Shown here piece after piece: positions 38,627-49,755 of a stretch of 56,935 nucleotides of DNA. The stretch covers positions 1-56,935 of the forward strand of contig CANLLM010000004.1 in the NCBI GenBank assembly GCA_947491825.1, written 5' to 3'. This DNA is from Bacteroidota bacterium (GTDB lineage: Bacteria > Bacteroidota > Bacteroidia > UKL13-3). Position 1 is the stretch's first letter. Every line of letters begins with the position of its first letter. The notes beneath the pieces are model-generated. The model saw only the letters and a list, made by a program, of their open reading frames with translations, had not been told where the DNA came from and did not search any database. Position numbers and translations under genes: made by a program.

Positions 38627-38968
38627 ATGAAAACGGTAATATTTCATAACCCCAAATGTGGCAAAAGTAGAGCGGCTTTGATTTTGTTAAAAGAACAAAA
38701 TCAAGATGTTGAAATAGTTGAATATCTTAAAGATGTTATAACAGAAAAAGACATCAAAAAGCTACTAACGATACTTAACCTAAAACCCATACAAATCATA
38801 AGGGTGAAGGAAGAAGTCTTTAAGGAGTTTAAAAACAAAGAATTAACAGATGCACAATACATTGAGTTAATGCTTAAGTTTCCAATTCTTATAGAACGAC
38901 CAATTGTGATTAAAGGTAATAAGGCAGTTATCGGTAGGCCGCCTCAACTCATTCTCGACATTTTATAA
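38627..38968 (+). CDS. arsC: ArsC/Spx-family arsenate reductase (glutaredoxin type)
   Basis: HNPKCGKSR, IVEYL, PILIERPIV, IGRPP. Confidence 0.8.
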   Translation: MKTVIFHNPKCGKSRAALILLKEQNQDVEIVEYLKDVITEKDIKKLLTILNLKPIQIIRVKEEVFKEFKNKELTDAQYIELMLKFPILIERPIVIKGNKAVIGRPPQLILDIL

Positions 38969-39059
38969 TGAAATTTAACTTTTTATGTAATCGTTAATCA
39001 ATTACATAAATCTAAAATTTATATTTGATTAAATTGTTCAAACAGAATTTATAATTGAT

Positions 39060-40649
39060 ATGAAAAAAATAACCCTAATATTAGCACTTGCGGCTCAAAT
39101 CATGATGGTTTTTGGCCAAAAAGTTGCCCCAGCAAATTGGTTTAACCTCGATCCAAAAATCAATAAAATTAATGGTGTAAGTACGGAAAGAACCTACATC
39201 GAATTACTTACAGGTAAAAGCAGCCAAAAAGTTATTGTAGCTGTTATTGATGGAGGTACGGATGTTGTTCATGAGGATTTAAAACAAGTGATTTGGGTAA
39301 ATATGCGTGAAGTACCCAATAATAAAATTGATGATGATAACAACGGTTATGTTGATGATGTAAATGGTTGGAACTTTATAGGTGGCCAAGAACAAAGTGT
39401 AGCTGAAGATAATTTAGAAGTAACTCGCTTATATAAACAACTCAAGGCGCGCTACGAAAAAGTAGATAGTAATAGTTTAGATGGTATTGAAAAAGAGAAC
39501 TATGCTTATTACAAAAAGGTGAAGTCCGTTTATACAAAAGGTTATAGCGAGTATGCTATGTATAGTAACATATATAGTTCCTTAGAAAAGGGGGTTACTT
39601 CTTTAACAAGTAACTTAGGAAAAGACTCCATGAGTATGGCCGAATTTAAATCTTACAAACCTGCTGATATGAATGAGGCCATGGCTCAAAACAGCATCAG
39701 CAAAACGTTTACGGCAAGCAAGAAAAACTATGTTGTAATCAGCAAGTTTGGAAAAGGATTGCAAGGTGCAAAAGAACAAATTAGCAAGTTTGTTGACTTT
39801 CATTATAACCTTGACTTTGATTCACGCCAAATTGTTGGTGATAACTACGAAGTAGTTTCAGAACGTTATTATGGTAATAACAGGGTAAGTTCTCCTAATG
39901 GTGAACATGGAACGCACGTGGCAGGCATTATAGCTGCCGATAGAAATAATGGCGCTGGCATAAATGGTATTGCTGATCGTGCTGAAATAATGGTTTTGCG
40001 TGTAGTACCTGATGGTGATGAACGGGATAAAGATGTTGCAAATGCTATTCGTTATGCAGTTGATAATGGTGCCAAGGTTGTTAATATGAGCTTCGGAAAA
40101 GCATTTTCTCCTTATAAAGATGTGGTTGATGAAGCAATACTTTATGCACAATCAAAAGATGTATTGCTGGTGCATGCAGCAGGTAACGATCATAAAAACT
40201 TAGAAGTAGAAAATAATTACCCTAATGATAAAATTACTGATTATAATGCTTCTAATTGGATTGAAGTAGGTGCATCAAGCTGGAAAAACAAAAAACTAAT
40301 TCCTGCAGAGTTTAGTAATTATGGTAAAAAAAGTGTTGATGTATTTGCTCCTGGTGTTGACATTAATTCTTGTGTGCCTGAAAATAAATATGCAAGCTAT
40401 AACGGAACCAGCATGGCAAGTCCTGTAACCGCTGGGGTTGCTGCTGTAATTCGCAGTTATTTTCCAGAGTTAACCGCAGCAGAGGTTAAAGAAATCATCA
40501 TGCTATCTGCCGTAAAAGTTAAGGGCAAAGTAATAGTACCAGGTACCAAGAAAAAAGTTAAAATGACTGAACTTTGTATTTCTGGTGGTATAGTAAATTT
40601 ATACGAAGCGGTTAAACTTGCCGAAGTAAAAATGCAAAATAGAAAGTAA
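39060..40649 (+). CDS. S8 (subtilisin-like) serine peptidase
   Basis: Catalytic triad VAVIDGG, HGTHVAG, GTSMASP; AAGND; signal VFG|Q. Confidence 0.95.
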   Translation: MKKITLILALAAQIMMVFGQKVAPANWFNLDPKINKINGVSTERTYIELLTGKSSQKVIVAVIDGGTDVVHEDLKQVIWVNMREVPNNKIDDDNNGYVDDVNGWNFIGGQEQSVAEDNLEVTRLYKQLKARYEKVDSNSLDGIEKENYAYYKKVKSVYTKGYSEYAMYSNIYSSLEKGVTSLTSNLGKDSMSMAEFKSYKPADMNEAMAQNSISKTFTASKKNYVVISKFGKGLQGAKEQISKFVDFHYNLDFDSRQIVGDNYEVVSERYYGNNRVSSPNGEHGTHVAGIIAADRNNGAGINGIADRAEIMVLRVVPDGDERDKDVANAIRYAVDNGAKVVNMSFGKAFSPYKDVVDEAILYAQSKDVLLVHAAGNDHKNLEVENNYPNDKITDYNASNWIEVGASSWKNKKLIPAEFSNYGKKSVDVFAPGVDINSCVPENKYASYNGTSMASPVTAGVAAVIRSYFPELTAAEVKEIIMLSAVKVKGKVIVPGTKKKVKMTELCISGGIVNLYEAVKLAEVKMQNRK

Positions 40650-40668
40650 TATCTATTATATAAATTGT

Positions 40669-40700
40669 AAGGCCGTGAGCATATGCTCACGGCCTTTTTT
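40669..40700. terminator. Terminator between the convergent S8 and DUF2238 genes
   Basis: AAGGCCGTGAGC-atat-GCTCACGGCCTT followed by TTTT. Confidence 0.85.
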
Positions 40701-40720
40701 GTGTAACTGATCTTGGTAAT

Positions 40721-41359
40721 CTATTTACGCAGTAATTTCTTCATATATGCAGCGATTACCATCACCAATACCGCACCGATTAATGCCAATGCCATATCTT
40801 TTTGCGAATCCCAAACATCACCTTGTGTACCTAAATATGCTGTACCTTGTGCCTTAAAAAATACATCGGCAACCAGCCACTCAATAATCTCGTAGGCGCC
40901 ACTTAAACTCATGGTAATTTCAACAGGTAAAACCCAACAGACCCAATTTGGCCAATAAAACCAGTTTTTAAAATAATCTCGTAGCGGGTAACCCAATAAA
41001 AAACCATAACTAAAATGCACAATTCTATCGTAGTGGTTTCTTTCTAAATTAAATACATCTTTTATCCAATATCCTATTGGGTTTTCTGAATAGGTATACA
41101 TTGCACCATAAATGTGGAGCATGATGTAAACAAAAATTAGGGTATAACTTAAATCACTAAATTTAAATTTTTTGTAGGTTAATGTGATGGTCACTAATCC
41201 AATTAAGGTGAAAATATTTTCAATCATCCAATTGGCCAAATCGGCTGTGAAAAATAGTGTGTAGGCCCAAAATATAAAAAATACAACCAAATATAATTTA
41301 AGTAAATTATTCTCTCGTAGTCCAATTTTTTGGGTTGATGAAGTGGTGGTTAATCTCAT
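40721..41359 (-). CDS. DUF2238 (YjdF-like) inner membrane protein
   Basis: NWMIEN, HIYGAMYTY, RNHYDRIVHF, AYEIIEW, GTQGDVWDSQKDM; ATG at 41359 avoids overlap with the upstream gene. Confidence 0.85.
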   Translation of the reverse strand: MRLTTTSSTQKIGLRENNLLKLYLVVFFIFWAYTLFFTADLANWMIENIFTLIGLVTITLTYKKFKFSDLSYTLIFVYIMLHIYGAMYTYSENPIGYWIKDVFNLERNHYDRIVHFSYGFLLGYPLRDYFKNWFYWPNWVCWVLPVEITMSLSGAYEIIEWLVADVFFKAQGTAYLGTQGDVWDSQKDMALALIGAVLVMVIAAYMKKLLRK

Positions 41360-41364
41360 GATTT

Positions 41365-41787
41365 CTATTTTTTTAATTGAATAAACCATTCGTATACTCC
41401 GTTCATTACTTCTTCATTACCGTCATTCATGAGAATAATGTTAATTTTAATTAAAGCACGCTTATGTAGGTTGAAACCATGTAAAAATTCATCTTGGGTT
41501 TCTTGGCTTACGATTGCTTTAGCCCTTATTTTTCCATATGCAGGTTTTTTAAATTTCACTTCCGATTTCCGGAGCATGGGAATTACATTGGGAGCAATTT
41601 CCGGAAAAGTATTTAATAGCCACTGTCCTGATGTAAACTCTGCAAGAGAAAATTGTGCAGCTGCAGCCACTGTTCCCAAATGGTTGGTATAAGTAATGTC
41701 ATCAGTAAGTTCAAATAGAAATTCACCTTGGCCATCTGTAAGCCCAAGTAATTTAGCAAATGGAATGTCTTTAAGATTCATTTTCAT
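41365..41787 (-). CDS. Hotdog-fold/thioesterase-like protein (PaaI/DUF4442/YiiD-like)
   Basis: IPFAKLLG, NHLGTVAAAAQFSLAE, EVKFKKPA; translationally coupled to tonB (ATGA). Confidence 0.75.
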   Translation of the reverse strand: MKMNLKDIPFAKLLGLTDGQGEFLFELTDDITYTNHLGTVAAAAQFSLAEFTSGQWLLNTFPEIAPNVIPMLRKSEVKFKKPAYGKIRAKAIVSQETQDEFLHGFNLHKRALIKINIILMNDGNEEVMNGVYEWFIQLKK

Positions 41788-42629
41788 TTGAGTTTAAAAG
41801 ATACAGGAAGGGTGTACCTGACCCTAACTGTTTTGCCATTTTGTTTTCCCGGTTTCCAATTTGGTATGTTGTTTATTACTCGTAGTGTCTCTTCGTCCAT
41901 TCCCCACCCCATTTTTTTTAAAATAGATGCATTGGAAATACTGCCATCTTTTTCAACATTAAATTGTACGGTAACTCTCCCTTCTATTTTATTTTCTTTC
42001 GCTATCACCGGGTAGATGATGTTTTGGTTAAGGTATTCATAAAGATCGCCATTAAATTCTGGCATTTGCTCAACAAAAGTTAAGACATCATCATCTGATT
42101 GACTTTTGGGTTTACTCAATAATTCTGAATCGACACCATTTGGATCTCCTTTTTCTTCCATGATGTCTTGATGATATAAAACTTCATTACTTGCAGTCAA
42201 TTCATCAGGAATAATTACATATGTAATTTGTTTGTTGTATGACTTAAAACCAATAGCAATCTTTTGTTTAGCAGCCACAGCCACGTCTTTAACTTTTGCT
42301 GGAATCCATTGGGGCATTTTGGCAATTACTCGCTTGGCTTCATTGCATAATTCAGGATGTTTACCTGTGGCGCATGTAACATCGGTGATATTTCCATTTT
42401 TCGATACTACAAATTCAACTTCAATAATACCTTCTTGTTTTTGATTCAGTGCTTCTTGTGGGTATTTGGTTTGCGTAGTAATAAAATTTTCGAGGGCCTT
42501 TTCGCTACCTGTATACTGTGGTTTGATGTCAACTTTTTGGTAAATAGAGTCTGGTTTTGTTTGGGCTGTAGTTTGCGGTGTTTGTAACAATGTAACAAGT
42601 AATAACATTGCTGCTAATAGTTTTTTCAT
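41784..42629 (-). CDS. tonB: Energy transducer TonB-like protein with two TonB C-terminal domains
   Basis: Two copies of YP..A.....EG.(I/V).V.F.V.K.G.I...W.PAK/WKPGK; signal peptide from ATG 42629. Confidence 0.8.
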   Translation of the reverse strand: MKKLLAAMLLLVTLLQTPQTTAQTKPDSIYQKVDIKPQYTGSEKALENFITTQTKYPQEALNQKQEGIIEVEFVVSKNGNITDVTCATGKHPELCNEAKRVIAKMPQWIPAKVKDVAVAAKQKIAIGFKSYNKQITYVIIPDELTASNEVLYHQDIMEEKGDPNGVDSELLSKPKSQSDDDVLTFVEQMPEFNGDLYEYLNQNIIYPVIAKENKIEGRVTVQFNVEKDGSISNASILKKMGWGMDEETLRVINNIPNWKPGKQNGKTVRVRYTLPVSFKLK

Positions 42630-42655
42630 ACCACAATATAGGTTATCTAGGTTAT

Positions 42656-42694
42656 AAAAAAAACGCCCCGAGGTTATTCTCGAGGCGCTTTTTT
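42656..42694 (-). terminator. Terminator after aconitase
   Basis: A-tract-ACGCCCCGAG-gttatt-CTCGAGGCGC-T-tract. Confidence 0.7.
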
Positions 42695-42711
42695 CTATAA
42701 AGTTAATATTA

Positions 42712-44976
42712 TTATTGACCAATACTGGCACGTATAATGTTTAATGCGCCACCTGCTTTAAACCATTCAATTTGTTGTTCGTTGTAGGTATGATTAACCG
42801 TGATGTTTTCTTTGCTGCCATCATGATGTGTTAATACCAAAGTTATTGGTGTATTAGGAGCAAATGCTGTTAATCCTAATATATCTACCAAATCATCTTC
42901 TTGTATTTTGTTGTAGTCTTCTTTATCTGCAAAAGTTAACGCCAACATACCTTGCTTTTTCAGGTTGGTTTCGTGAATACGGGCAAACGATTTTACCAAT
43001 ACTGCGCGTACGCCTAAATGACGAGGTTCCATTGCTGCGTGCTCGCGGCTCGATCCTTCGCCATAATTTTCATCACCCACAACAATACTGCCAATACCCT
43101 GTGCTTTGTATGCGCGTTGTACTTTAGGGACGTTTTGGTATTCGCCTGATAATTGATTTTTTACCGAGTCGGTTTTTTCGTTATAAAAATTAACCGCACC
43201 TATAAGCATGTTGTTAGAAATATTATCTAAGTGACCACGGTACTTTAACCAAGGGCCTGCCATAGAAATATGGTCGGTTGTACATTTACCTTTAGCTTTA
43301 ATCAACAGTTTTAAACCTGTTAAGTTAGTGCCTTCCCATGCAGCAAACGGATCTAATAATTGTAAACGATCTGAAGTTGTAGAAACTGCAACTGTAATAT
43401 GTGAACCATCCTCAGCTGGAGCTTGGTATCCTGCATCTTCAACTGCAAAACCATTAGCTGGTAACTCGTCACCTGTTGGAGGTTCTAATTTTACAGACTC
43501 TCCTTTATCGTTAATTAACGTATCGGTTATTGGGTTGAAGCCTAAATCACCAGCAATTGCAATTGCTGCTACCATTTCTGGTGAAGTTACAAATGCAAAG
43601 GTGTTCGGGTTGCCATCAGCACGTTTGGCAAAGTTGCGGTTAAACGAGTGCACAATGGTGTTCTTCTCCGATTTTTCCGCACCTTCACGTTCCCACATAC
43701 CAATACATGGTCCGCAAGCATTGGTAAATACTTTCGCATTTAAATCGGTAAAGGTTTTTAATAAACCATCTCTATCTGCAGTATAACGTACTTGCTCAGA
43801 TCCTGGATTGATACCAAATTGAGCTTTAGTGGTTAAACCTTTTGCCACAGCTTGTTTAGCTATTGATGCAGCACGAGATAAATCTTCGTAGGATGAGTTG
43901 GTACAAGAACCAATTAAACCCCATTCAACAGTTAAAGGCCAGCCATTTTTAACGGCTTCTTCTTTCATTTTACTAATAGGGGTAGCCAAATCCGGAGTAA
44001 ATGGTCCGTTTAAGTGCGGCTCAAGAGCATCTAAATTAATTTCAATTATTTGATCGAAATAAGTTTCTGGACTTTCATAAACTTCTGTATCGGCAGTTAA
44101 GTGGTGTTTGATTGCATTTGCAGCATCAGCAACATCAGCACGGCCAGTAGCGCGTAAATAACGCTCCATGCTTTCATCATAACCAAAAGTTGAAGTTGTT
44201 GCTCCAATCTCTGCACCCATGTTACAAATGGTACCTTTACCCGTGCAACTTAAATTTATTGCACCATCGCCAAAATATTCAACTATTGCACCAGTACCAC
44301 CTTTTACAGTTAAAATACCAGCTACTTTTAAAATAATATCTTTAGCAGAAGCCCATCCGCTTAACTTACCAGTTAATTTTACACCAATAAGTTTAGGGAA
44401 TTTTAACTCCCAAGGTAAACCGGCCATTACATCACAAGCATCAGCACCACCAACACCAATGGCAATCATACCCAAACCACCAGCGTTAACTGTATGAGAG
44501 TCGGTTCCAATCATCATACCACCCGGAAATGCATAATTCTCTAAAACTACCTGGTGAATAATGCCTGCTCCTGGTTTCCAAAATCCGATACCGTATTTGT
44601 TTGATACCGAAGCCAAGAAATCATATACTTCTTTACTTTCATTATTGGCAAAAGCTAAATCATCAGCAGCACCCGATTTTGCGGTAATTAAGTGATCGCA
44701 ATGAACTGTTGAAGGTACAGCTACTTTTGGGCGACCGGCTTGCATAAATTGTAACAATGCCATTTGTGCAGTTGCATCTTGCATAGCAACGCGGTCAGGG
44801 TTAAAATCTACATAGTCTTTTCCACGGTTATATGCTGCAGCTGCATTACCAGCTGTTAAGTGGCTGTATAATATTTTTTCGGTTAATGTAAGTGGGCGAT
44901 TTACCACTTTACGTGCAGCAGCAATGCGCTCATCCATACTAGCGTATACTGCTTTAATCATTTCTAAATCGAACAT
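42712..44976 (-). CDS. acn: Aconitate hydratase (mitochondrial-type, as in Bacteroidota)
   Basis: [54 protein letters not shown]; start MFDLEM at 44976. Confidence 0.95.
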   Translation of the reverse strand: MFDLEMIKAVYASMDERIAAARKVVNRPLTLTEKILYSHLTAGNAAAAYNRGKDYVDFNPDRVAMQDATAQMALLQFMQAGRPKVAVPSTVHCDHLITAKSGAADDLAFANNESKEVYDFLASVSNKYGIGFWKPGAGIIHQVVLENYAFPGGMMIGTDSHTVNAGGLGMIAIGVGGADACDVMAGLPWELKFPKLIGVKLTGKLSGWASAKDIILKVAGILTVKGGTGAIVEYFGDGAINLSCTGKGTICNMGAEIGATTSTFGYDESMERYLRATGRADVADAANAIKHHLTADTEVYESPETYFDQIIEINLDALEPHLNGPFTPDLATPISKMKEEAVKNGWPLTVEWGLIGSCTNSSYEDLSRAASIAKQAVAKGLTTKAQFGINPGSEQVRYTADRDGLLKTFTDLNAKVFTNACGPCIGMWEREGAEKSEKNTIVHSFNRNFAKRADGNPNTFAFVTSPEMVAAIAIAGDLGFNPITDTLINDKGESVKLEPPTGDELPANGFAVEDAGYQAPAEDGSHITVAVSTTSDRLQLLDPFAAWEGTNLTGLKLLIKAKGKCTTDHISMAGPWLKYRGHLDNISNNMLIGAVNFYNEKTDSVKNQLSGEYQNVPKVQRAYKAQGIGSIVVGDENYGEGSSREHAAMEPRHLGVRAVLVKSFARIHETNLKKQGMLALTFADKEDYNKIQEDDLVDILGLTAFAPNTPITLVLTHHDGSKENITVNHTYNEQQIEWFKAGGALNIIRASIGQ

Positions 44977-45215
44977 ATTATTTAAAATTATTTTTGATTT
45001 CAAATCTAAATTGGCCCGCAATTTACAAATATTGTAGGCCTATTGCCACTTTTTGTTAAAATATAATTTGCCGATAAAGTAGTTGTTTTCATGGGCTTGT
45101 TTTGAGGTTGATGTGATTTATAACCATTCTAATTAAAACCGCTGTTTATCTCTTCTTTTTATTAATATGTTTTCATTAATCAGTTAATTATTTAGATTAT
45201 TGTAAGGTGTAAATT

Positions 45216-46298
45216 ATGGAACTAGTATATAAAGCACGTTTTTTTGATGGTTACTCGGGCAAGCCGAAACAAGTTGATGTGCTGTGGCTCGACAATGCTT
45301 GGGTTATTCAATTTGTAAACCAAGTTGGTGAGCGGGTTAGCATGACTTGGGAAAAACAGCATGTGATTGAGCACGAATTTAAAAGTGGACTGTTGAGTTT
45401 ACGTTTAGGTGATGTATTTCCTGCCCAGCAATTGGATATCACCGACCAAGATTTTATTAAAAGATACAGGCAAGCATATCCGCGCACATTTGCGCAACGT
45501 TTAAACATGTCGGCTGCAGGTGTTTTTGTCACATCATTACTGCTGTTGTTGTTTGTTTTATGGACTTCTTATGTATGGTTATTGCCTGCCATTGCGGGAT
45601 ATGGTGCAAACGTTTTCCCAAAAGAATATGAAATTGAATTCGGACAAAAAATGTATCAATCTGTTTTGGATGAAGAGCAAATTGATTCTTCTAAAACCAT
45701 AGCCATCAATCATTTTTTTAACGAACTTATTATAGATAAAAGTTATCCTGTAAAAATTACGGTTGTAAAATCAAACATTATCAATGCATTTGCTTTACCG
45801 GGTGGCGGTATTGTGGTGTATGATGCTATATTAAATAACATGAAATCGCCCGAACAATTGGCTGCTTTATTGGCTCATGAATATTCGCATGTAGAACTTA
45901 AACATGCTACACGAAATCTGTTTAGAACCTTATCGGGGTATTTATTTTTGTCTGTTATTTTTGGTGATATGAGTGGGGTAGGAGGCGTATTAATTGAAAA
46001 TGCCCACCAACTAAGAAACCTTGGTTATAGCCGAGAATTGGAAACTGAAGCAGATAATCATGGCTTAGAAGTCTTGCAGCAGAATAACATCAATTATATG
46101 GGAATGGTTGATTTGTTTGAATTGCTAAAAAAAGAAAGTAATGGAGTTCATGTAAATGAACTCATCAGCACACACCCTGATTTAGATATTCGCATACGAA
46201 ATGTGCATGATTTTGCTAAGCTACATCCTTGTAATTCATTGCCCAATGATTCTTTAAGTATTTATTTTAATCAAATTAAAAACAATTGGAATGAGTAA
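45216..46298 (+). CDS. M48 family zinc metallopeptidase with an N-terminal domain and TM anchor
   Basis: NAFALPGG, LAHEYSHV (HEXXH), SRELETEAD, STHPD. Confidence 0.9.
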   Translation: MELVYKARFFDGYSGKPKQVDVLWLDNAWVIQFVNQVGERVSMTWEKQHVIEHEFKSGLLSLRLGDVFPAQQLDITDQDFIKRYRQAYPRTFAQRLNMSAAGVFVTSLLLLLFVLWTSYVWLLPAIAGYGANVFPKEYEIEFGQKMYQSVLDEEQIDSSKTIAINHFFNELIIDKSYPVKITVVKSNIINAFALPGGGIVVYDAILNNMKSPEQLAALLAHEYSHVELKHATRNLFRTLSGYLFLSVIFGDMSGVGGVLIENAHQLRNLGYSRELETEADNHGLEVLQQNNINYMGMVDLFELLKKESNGVHVNELISTHPDLDIRIRNVHDFAKLHPCNSLPNDSLSIYFNQIKNNWNE

Positions 46299-46602
46299 CC
46301 CTAATTTACCCATACTTGTTAAAAATGCAGCTCAAAAGTTAGGAGCCTATTTTGAGCATGATTTAATTGCTCAATCAACTACCTACGAGCAATTACAAGA
46401 GCGGTTGACTGAATTGATTGTTTATCTTTTGCTGCACAAAATGGAACTTTTATTACAAGTGCTTTATAGGGTTGATGTATTTGAGCGAGATGCCAAGGCA
46501 GCCTTTGCCCAAAACGACCCTAAACTAATTGCTCCCGAGTTGGCTAAGTTAATTATAGATAGGGAGTTGAAAAAGGCCGAAACCAGAATTAAATACAGGT
46601 AA
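46291..46602 (+). CDS. Small helical hypothetical protein
   Basis: 103-aa ORF overlapping the M48 stop by 8 nt; LLQVLYRVDVFE...IIDRELKKAETR pattern and native codon usage. Confidence 0.7.
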   Translation: MSNPNLPILVKNAAQKLGAYFEHDLIAQSTTYEQLQERLTELIVYLLLHKMELLLQVLYRVDVFERDAKAAFAQNDPKLIAPELAKLIIDRELKKAETRIKYR

Positions 46603-46679
46603 GGTTAAAATGACACAAAACATTTGGCGTAATACCTACAATTAGATAAGTTCGCCCCTTTAATTTTTATAAACTATAA

Positions 46680-47426
46680 ATGATCATCATCGTATTTTTA
46701 ATTGCACATTGGTACATCTCTTTGTTTTGCCAAACGTTCTATTTACACCGTTATTCTGCGCACAAAATGTTTACTATGAACCCTTTCTGGGAAAAATTCT
46801 GGTACGTTTTTTCTTGGTTAACACAAGGTACTTCATATTTAAATGCACGTGCGTACGCCATTTTACATCGCATGCACCATGCATACAGCGATACAGAAAA
46901 GGATCCACATACTCCTCAGTTTTTCAAAGAGGTATTTACCATGATGATGCACACACGTGACGTTTATAACGGAGTATTGCGTGGTACCATTGAAATTGAA
47001 GAGAAATTCGACAAGAATTTCCCCGTATATCCTGTAGTTGATAGAATTGCTGATAGCTGGTTTTCTCGTTTAGGCTTTGCAGCTTTATACACGCTATTTT
47101 ACATTCAATTTGCTACATCACCATGGATGTTTTTATTGTTACCCGTTCATTTTTTAATTGCGCCTATACAAGGTGCTATTGTTAATTGGGCCGGACATAA
47201 ATACGGGTATCGTAATTTTGATGACGAAAAAGACCATTCTAAGAATACATTAATTATTGACTTTTTAATGTTGGGTGAGTTGTTCCAAAATAATCATCAT
47301 CATGCTGGTGCACGTCCTAACTTTGCCGCCAAATGGTGGGAGTTTGATCCTGTTTATCCATTTATTAAATTGTTTGATGCGATTGGAATGATTAAGTTGA
47401 TAACTATCAAATCAACTGGTAAATAA
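46680..47426 (+). CDS. Acyl-lipid/acyl-CoA (delta-9 type) fatty acid desaturase
   Basis: His boxes HRYSAH, HRMHH, QNNHHH; VNWAGHKYG. Confidence 0.92.
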   Translation: MIIIVFLIAHWYISLFCQTFYLHRYSAHKMFTMNPFWEKFWYVFSWLTQGTSYLNARAYAILHRMHHAYSDTEKDPHTPQFFKEVFTMMMHTRDVYNGVLRGTIEIEEKFDKNFPVYPVVDRIADSWFSRLGFAALYTLFYIQFATSPWMFLLLPVHFLIAPIQGAIVNWAGHKYGYRNFDDEKDHSKNTLIIDFLMLGELFQNNHHHAGARPNFAAKWWEFDPVYPFIKLFDAIGMIKLITIKSTGK

Positions 47427-47446
47427 TTTACAAATTAATTGTTTTC

Positions 47447-47481
47447 AAAATGCCCTCGAATTTGTCGGGGGCATTTTTTTT
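47447..47481. terminator. Bidirectional terminator between the desaturase and TBDR genes
   Basis: AAAATGCCCTCGA-atttg-TCGGGGGCATTTT. Confidence 0.8.
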
Positions 47482-47494
47482 TAAATAAATCATG

Positions 47495-49744
47495 TCAATA
47501 CAATATATACCTAATGCCTAAAATAACTCTTCGCCCTTGCATTGCCGCATAGTTATAGGTAGGGTCGAAAGTGTATGCATTGGGGTTGTTTTGATTTACG
47601 TTTTTATCAAACGGATCGAAGGCACGCATAATAGGATTTTGAGGCATGAAGTTTAATACGTTTTTTATACCCAGATAAATCTGCCAGTTAGTATTAATTT
47701 TTTTGGTTAGCTGCACATTTTGTATGCTAAACCATGGTGAATATTCTGGCCTAAAATCATTTGGTAAAACGGGTAAACGCATTGGACTGTATACCTGACC
47801 CGTATAATCAATAGTTAAATTAATTTTTCGCAGGGTGTAACTTAATTGAAATGTGCTACTAAATTTTGGAGCGTGTATTTGCACCGATTTTTGATTGAAG
47901 TTGTTGCTGTCTTTGTCTACTTTAAAAACATCCATCCAAGTTACGCCAATGTTTAACTTCAAGGAAAATCCAAAAGTGAAATCTGTGTTTAAACTTACAC
48001 CTTGGCTAATTGCATAACCATCTAAATTGTCATAAATGATTTTGTTTGGGTCGGTGTCATAATCGGCAATAATACGGTTGTTAAAGTAAGTGTAAAATAC
48101 GGTTGCATCCATTGTTACAAATCCTTTTCCCTTTCTTATAAACCGCGTGTAGTTTAGGTTTCCATTCCAACTTTGTTCTGGTTTTAACGATGATTGTATA
48201 ATTACTTCACGCGCCCCTGTTAAAGCCGCATGATCTTCGGTAAATATATTCACAACCCTAAATCCGTTTCCCAAACTTAACCGTATGGTGTTAAATTTAT
48301 TGGATTGAATTTTATAATTAATTCTAGGTGAAAATATAGATCCATGTTGTTTATAATAATCGTATCGTGCACCTACCAATAAAGTTTGAGTTGATGTGAG
48401 TGCTATTTCATCTTGCGCAAATATGCCAGGTAAATAAATTACAGAAGGTTTGTTAGTTAGACTTAAATCTGCAGTGGCAGACGTATTATCATCATAATTG
48501 GTGTAGCGTATACCTGCACCCATAAGTACATCATGTCTTAAACCTACTTTTTTATTGTAAACAAGTTGGGCAAAGCCTACTTGTTGAGAAGCCATGTATG
48601 CGGTAGTTCCATAATACGAGTTTTGATTGTGGTAATTGTAACTATACATTAGCTTTAGTTTATGCTTAGTAGGTAATTCGTAATTGCCTATTAGTTCAGC
48701 TCTTTTTGTAAATATACTTTCTCCGTAAACACTATCACCACCTCTAAATTTTTTATCCCAATTAGTTTGACCGCCCCAACGATCTTCATAAAACAACCTA
48801 GCAGCTATATTTGCTTCTCTGTTGTTTGTGCGGTTAAAACTGTATTTGTTAAAAATTGAAATGCGATTTTGAAGTGTTACATCTGTAAAACCATCTTTGT
48901 TTTTATCTACGCGGTTGTTATAATTAAAATAGTTTGCACTCATTATGGTGGCTATTTTTTTATTGCTCCATTTCACTGATGCATCCGTATTATATTCTCC
49001 ATAACTTGTAGCAAACTGATCAAATGAAAATAAAGGAGCCTTTTTCGGATTTTTTGTAATTACATTTATAATTCCAGCAACGGCCTCGCTCCCATATAAA
49101 GTACTTGCGGGTCCTTTAACAATTTCAATCCGATCAACCATACTATTAGGTATACCCATCATGCCATAAACTGTGCTCAACGAACTTACAATGGGCATCC
49201 CATCTATTAATATTAAAGTGTAGGGTCCTTCCATTCCATTTATATGAATATCGCCTGTGTTGCATACGTTACAATTCATTGTCGGTTGCACTCCGTTTAC
49301 CATCGATAGGGCATCAAACAAATTATTAGAAACGTTCTTTTGAAAAAACTTAGGTGTATAGATTTCAACTGAAACAGGGCTATTAAGTTTACTTACCTCT
49401 TTAAGCGTGCCAGTAACTGTAACCTCGTTTAATGAAGTTTGTGAAACATCTAACGATAGGTTTAGGTTAATGGTTTCGTTGCCTTTAGCCACCACTCTTT
49501 TATATTTGGTTTCGTACCCTAAGGCAGAAATTACTAAAGTGTATACTCCTAATTGAGGTAGTTTTAAAGTGTAAAACCCATCATTGTTGGCTACTGTCCC
49601 TTGGGATGTCCCTTTTATGCCAACTGTCGCAAAACCAATAGCTTCACTATCATGTGTTATTACTCCTTTAACAATTGTATGCTGCGCATGGCTTTGCAAC
49701 ACGAATAAAACGTAAGTAATTAGCCAAAAGAATCTTGCTTTCAT
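47495..49744 (-). CDS. TonB-dependent receptor (FepA/CirA-like), probably for metal uptake
   Basis: N-terminal carboxypeptidase-regulatory-like domain, LNEVTVTGT, plug CNVCNTGDIHINGMEGPYT, RIEIVKGPASTLYGSEAVAGIINVIT. Confidence 0.92.
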   Translation of the reverse strand: MKARFFWLITYVLFVLQSHAQHTIVKGVITHDSEAIGFATVGIKGTSQGTVANNDGFYTLKLPQLGVYTLVISALGYETKYKRVVAKGNETINLNLSLDVSQTSLNEVTVTGTLKEVSKLNSPVSVEIYTPKFFQKNVSNNLFDALSMVNGVQPTMNCNVCNTGDIHINGMEGPYTLILIDGMPIVSSLSTVYGMMGIPNSMVDRIEIVKGPASTLYGSEAVAGIINVITKNPKKAPLFSFDQFATSYGEYNTDASVKWSNKKIATIMSANYFNYNNRVDKNKDGFTDVTLQNRISIFNKYSFNRTNNREANIAARLFYEDRWGGQTNWDKKFRGGDSVYGESIFTKRAELIGNYELPTKHKLKLMYSYNYHNQNSYYGTTAYMASQQVGFAQLVYNKKVGLRHDVLMGAGIRYTNYDDNTSATADLSLTNKPSVIYLPGIFAQDEIALTSTQTLLVGARYDYYKQHGSIFSPRINYKIQSNKFNTIRLSLGNGFRVVNIFTEDHAALTGAREVIIQSSLKPEQSWNGNLNYTRFIRKGKGFVTMDATVFYTYFNNRIIADYDTDPNKIIYDNLDGYAISQGVSLNTDFTFGFSLKLNIGVTWMDVFKVDKDSNNFNQKSVQIHAPKFSSTFQLSYTLRKINLTIDYTGQVYSPMRLPVLPNDFRPEYSPWFSIQNVQLTKKINTNWQIYLGIKNVLNFMPQNPIMRAFDPFDKNVNQNNPNAYTFDPTYNYAAMQGRRVILGIRYILY

Positions 49745-49755
49745 TATTATGGTAG

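Noticed and set aside
38975-39000. TTAACT/GTAATC/TTAATC hexamers upstream of the S8 peptidase as further phased boxes
   Set aside because: Spacings are 12 and 7 bp, not 11
42630-42731. N-terminal extension of tonB to 42731
   Set aside because: It runs through the aconitase stop and terminator; ATG 42629 gives the signal peptide
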